NCBI GenBank assembly: GCA_963663805.2
Contig: CAXXMR010000018.1
Span: 32,001-96,000, forward strand
DNA length: 64,000 bases
DNA from: Sedimentisphaerales bacterium
GTDB taxonomy: Bacteria > Planctomycetota > Phycisphaerae > Sedimentisphaerales > SM23-30
Direction of reading: 5' to 3'
The notes under the pieces: model-generated
Databases searched by the model: none
Seen by the model: the letters and a program-made list of their open reading frames with translations, nothing else
What the model was told of the DNA's origin: nothing
Shown here: one piece after another, positions 62,326 through 64,000 of the stretch
Layout of the letters: every line of letters begins with the position of its first letter
Position numbering within the stretch: position 1 is the stretch's first letter
Position numbers and translations under genes: made by a program

Positions 62326-64000
62326 ATGATTATAAAAGATGCTAATAAAGCAAAGGAAGTTATTGGTGTGTCTTTGACTGATGATGTACACCTGAAATTT
62401 GAACGGGCGTGGTGGATTTGGGCCAAAGCGTCTGAATACAACTGCAATCATTGGATAAATGTCCGGAAATGTTTTGACGCTCCCCTCGGTGCCGAAGAAG
62501 CTAAATTGCATATTAGTGTCGATACTGACTATTGTGTTTGGCTTAACGGTGTTTTAGTCGGACAGGGGCAATTCAGTGATTTTCCAGAGGTAAAAACTTA
62601 TGATGTTATCGATGTGGGCAAGTATATTAAACAAGGCAAAAACTGCTTGGCGGTTTTGGCCTATTATCAGGGGATAAGCACCAGCAGATATAAAAAAGGT
62701 CAGGCGGGATTGATTTTCTCTTTGTCAAATAAAAATACCGTTCTTGGCAGCAGTGACAAATCATGTAAAGCGAGAACGAGCTTATCGTATAAATCTGGCC
62801 CGGTTCCTTTGGTTACCAAGCAGTTAGGACTTACTATAGAACACGATGCCTCGCGGGAAGATCGGTGGCTTGACATCGATTATGATGATTCCCAATGGGA
62901 AGATGGCCGGGAAATGTGTGGTCCGGTTTCTGGTTTTTGGAAAAGTTTGCGTGAAAGGCCTGTCAAGCAACTCGAATATTCAGACATTGCTGCGAAGGTG
63001 TTACAGTCTGGATACTTCCTTCGGCCTGAAACAGGAGACACATTTGCTGAAACAATAGCGAACGATATATTTATTGATAAGACACTTTTTCCTGATAATG
63101 CTGAAATGGAGGGTGGCTCTTTCATTGCCAAAAAGCCAACCGGTAATCAAAGTGGAGTATATATTGTTTTTGACCTTGAACGGGAACTATTTGGCCATTT
63201 GAAGTTCAGGTTGTCCGCTTCAGCAGGAATTGTTCTTGATATTGCCCACGGTGAACATCTGGCGGATGGAAGAGTAAGATGCAAGATAGGTGATCGAAAT
63301 TTTGCGGACAGATATATATGTTCGGAGGGCGCACAGGAGTGGGAAATGCCCGTTCGCCGGATTGGATGTTGTTATCTGGAAATACATATCTCAGAGCAAA
63401 AGGCGGATATTGAATTTGAATATATAGGGATAAAGTCTGCTGTCTATCCAGTTGATTTGTCCGGTAAATTTTATAGTAATGATTTATCGCATAACCAGAT
63501 TTTTTCTACGGCAGTTGAGACCTCCAGGTTGTGTATGCACGAGCATTTTGAAGATTGCCCGTGGCGAGAACAGTCTTTATATGCCATGGATGCCAAAACT
63601 CAATCACTAATCAGCTACTATCTTTTCGGTGACTATCAATATGCAAAAGAATCACTGAGTCTTTTGGGGCGTACCATCAGGTCGGATGGTTATTTGGAAC
63701 TTTGTTCGCCTTCGGAAATTGATTTTACGATACCTTGTTTTTCAATGGCGTGGATAGTTTCTGTTTATAATTATTATCTTTATAGTGGAGATAAGGATTT
63801 TGTAAATCAGCTTCTCCCTCAGATGAAATACATGCTCACAACTTATATGCAAAATTTGGGCGAAGAAGGAGTGATGCTGTTACCCACAGGGAAAAATTAT
63901 TGGAATTTTTATGAATGGTCGCCGGCAATGAATGGCTACAACTTAGATAGTATGAGCCATACGCCCAATAGAGATTCCGAAAAAATACATAGTTGCCTGA
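62326..64000 (+). CDS. GH78 alpha-L-rhamnosidase-like protein, partial (runs off right edge)
   Basis: Absent from the ORF track; read by hand from ATG 62326: AWWIW, HISVDTDYCVWLNG, HGEHLADG and EDCPWREQSLY (DCPxRE); the same frame is open at 64000. Confidence 0.88.
   Translation, partial: MIIKDANKAKEVIGVSLTDDVHLKFERAWWIWAKASEYNCNHWINVRKCFDAPLGAEEAKLHISVDTDYCVWLNGVLVGQGQFSDFPEVKTYDVIDVGKYIKQGKNCLAVLAYYQGISTSRYKKGQAGLIFSLSNKNTVLGSSDKSCKARTSLSYKSGPVPLVTKQLGLTIEHDASREDRWLDIDYDDSQWEDGREMCGPVSGFWKSLRERPVKQLEYSDIAAKVLQSGYFLRPETGDTFAETIANDIFIDKTLFPDNAEMEGGSFIAKKPTGNQSGVYIVFDLERELFGHLKFRLSASAGIVLDIAHGEHLADGRVRCKIGDRNFADRYICSEGAQEWEMPVRRIGCCYLEIHISEQKADIEFEYIGIKSAVYPVDLSGKFYSNDLSHNQIFSTAVETSRLCMHEHFEDCPWREQSLYAMDAKTQSLISYYLFGDYQYAKESLSLLGRTIRSDGYLELCSPSEIDFTIPCFSMAWIVSVYNYYLYSGDKDFVNQLLPQMKYMLTTYMQNLGEEGVMLLPTGKNYWNFYEWSPAMNGYNLDSMSHTPNRDSEKIHSCL

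Overview
Bacterial chromosomal window, most likely Planctomycetota (Phycisphaerae/Sedimentisphaerales-like). This is inferred from prepilin-type DUF1559-like proteins, PEP-CTERM proteins, proteins with a dockerin-like tail and an N-terminal LExRxLL motif. From left to right it holds: (1) a minus-strand MoxR/DUF58/vWA cluster, preceded by a dockerin-tailed protein / pilin-like / PEP-CTERM cassette; (2) a nucleotidyltransferase / GHMP kinase / aldolase sugar cluster; (3) cysK, an ECF sigma factor with an anti-sigma carrying a pilin-like domain, thiE and bioD; (4) a ~2,900-aa surface protein broken by six clustered +1 G/C homopolymer insertions; (5) rsmD, a CCA enzyme, and a manA-rluB-SIS-xth-phosphoesterase-GTDC1-like cluster; (6) a candidate stand-alone ~290-nt sRNA; (7) an intact IS1634 element; (8) leuA-leuC-(GxxExxY)-leuD-leuB with a Leu-rich leader peptide and a family of 9/10-nt-periodic repeats in every intergenic gap; (9) an intact IS4 element followed by a structured non-coding stretch; (10) a GntR/LacI-regulated polysaccharide-utilisation-like locus that runs off the right edge. 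No rRNA, tRNA or CRISPR array was seen. All family calls come from recognising motifs by eye, not from database searches.
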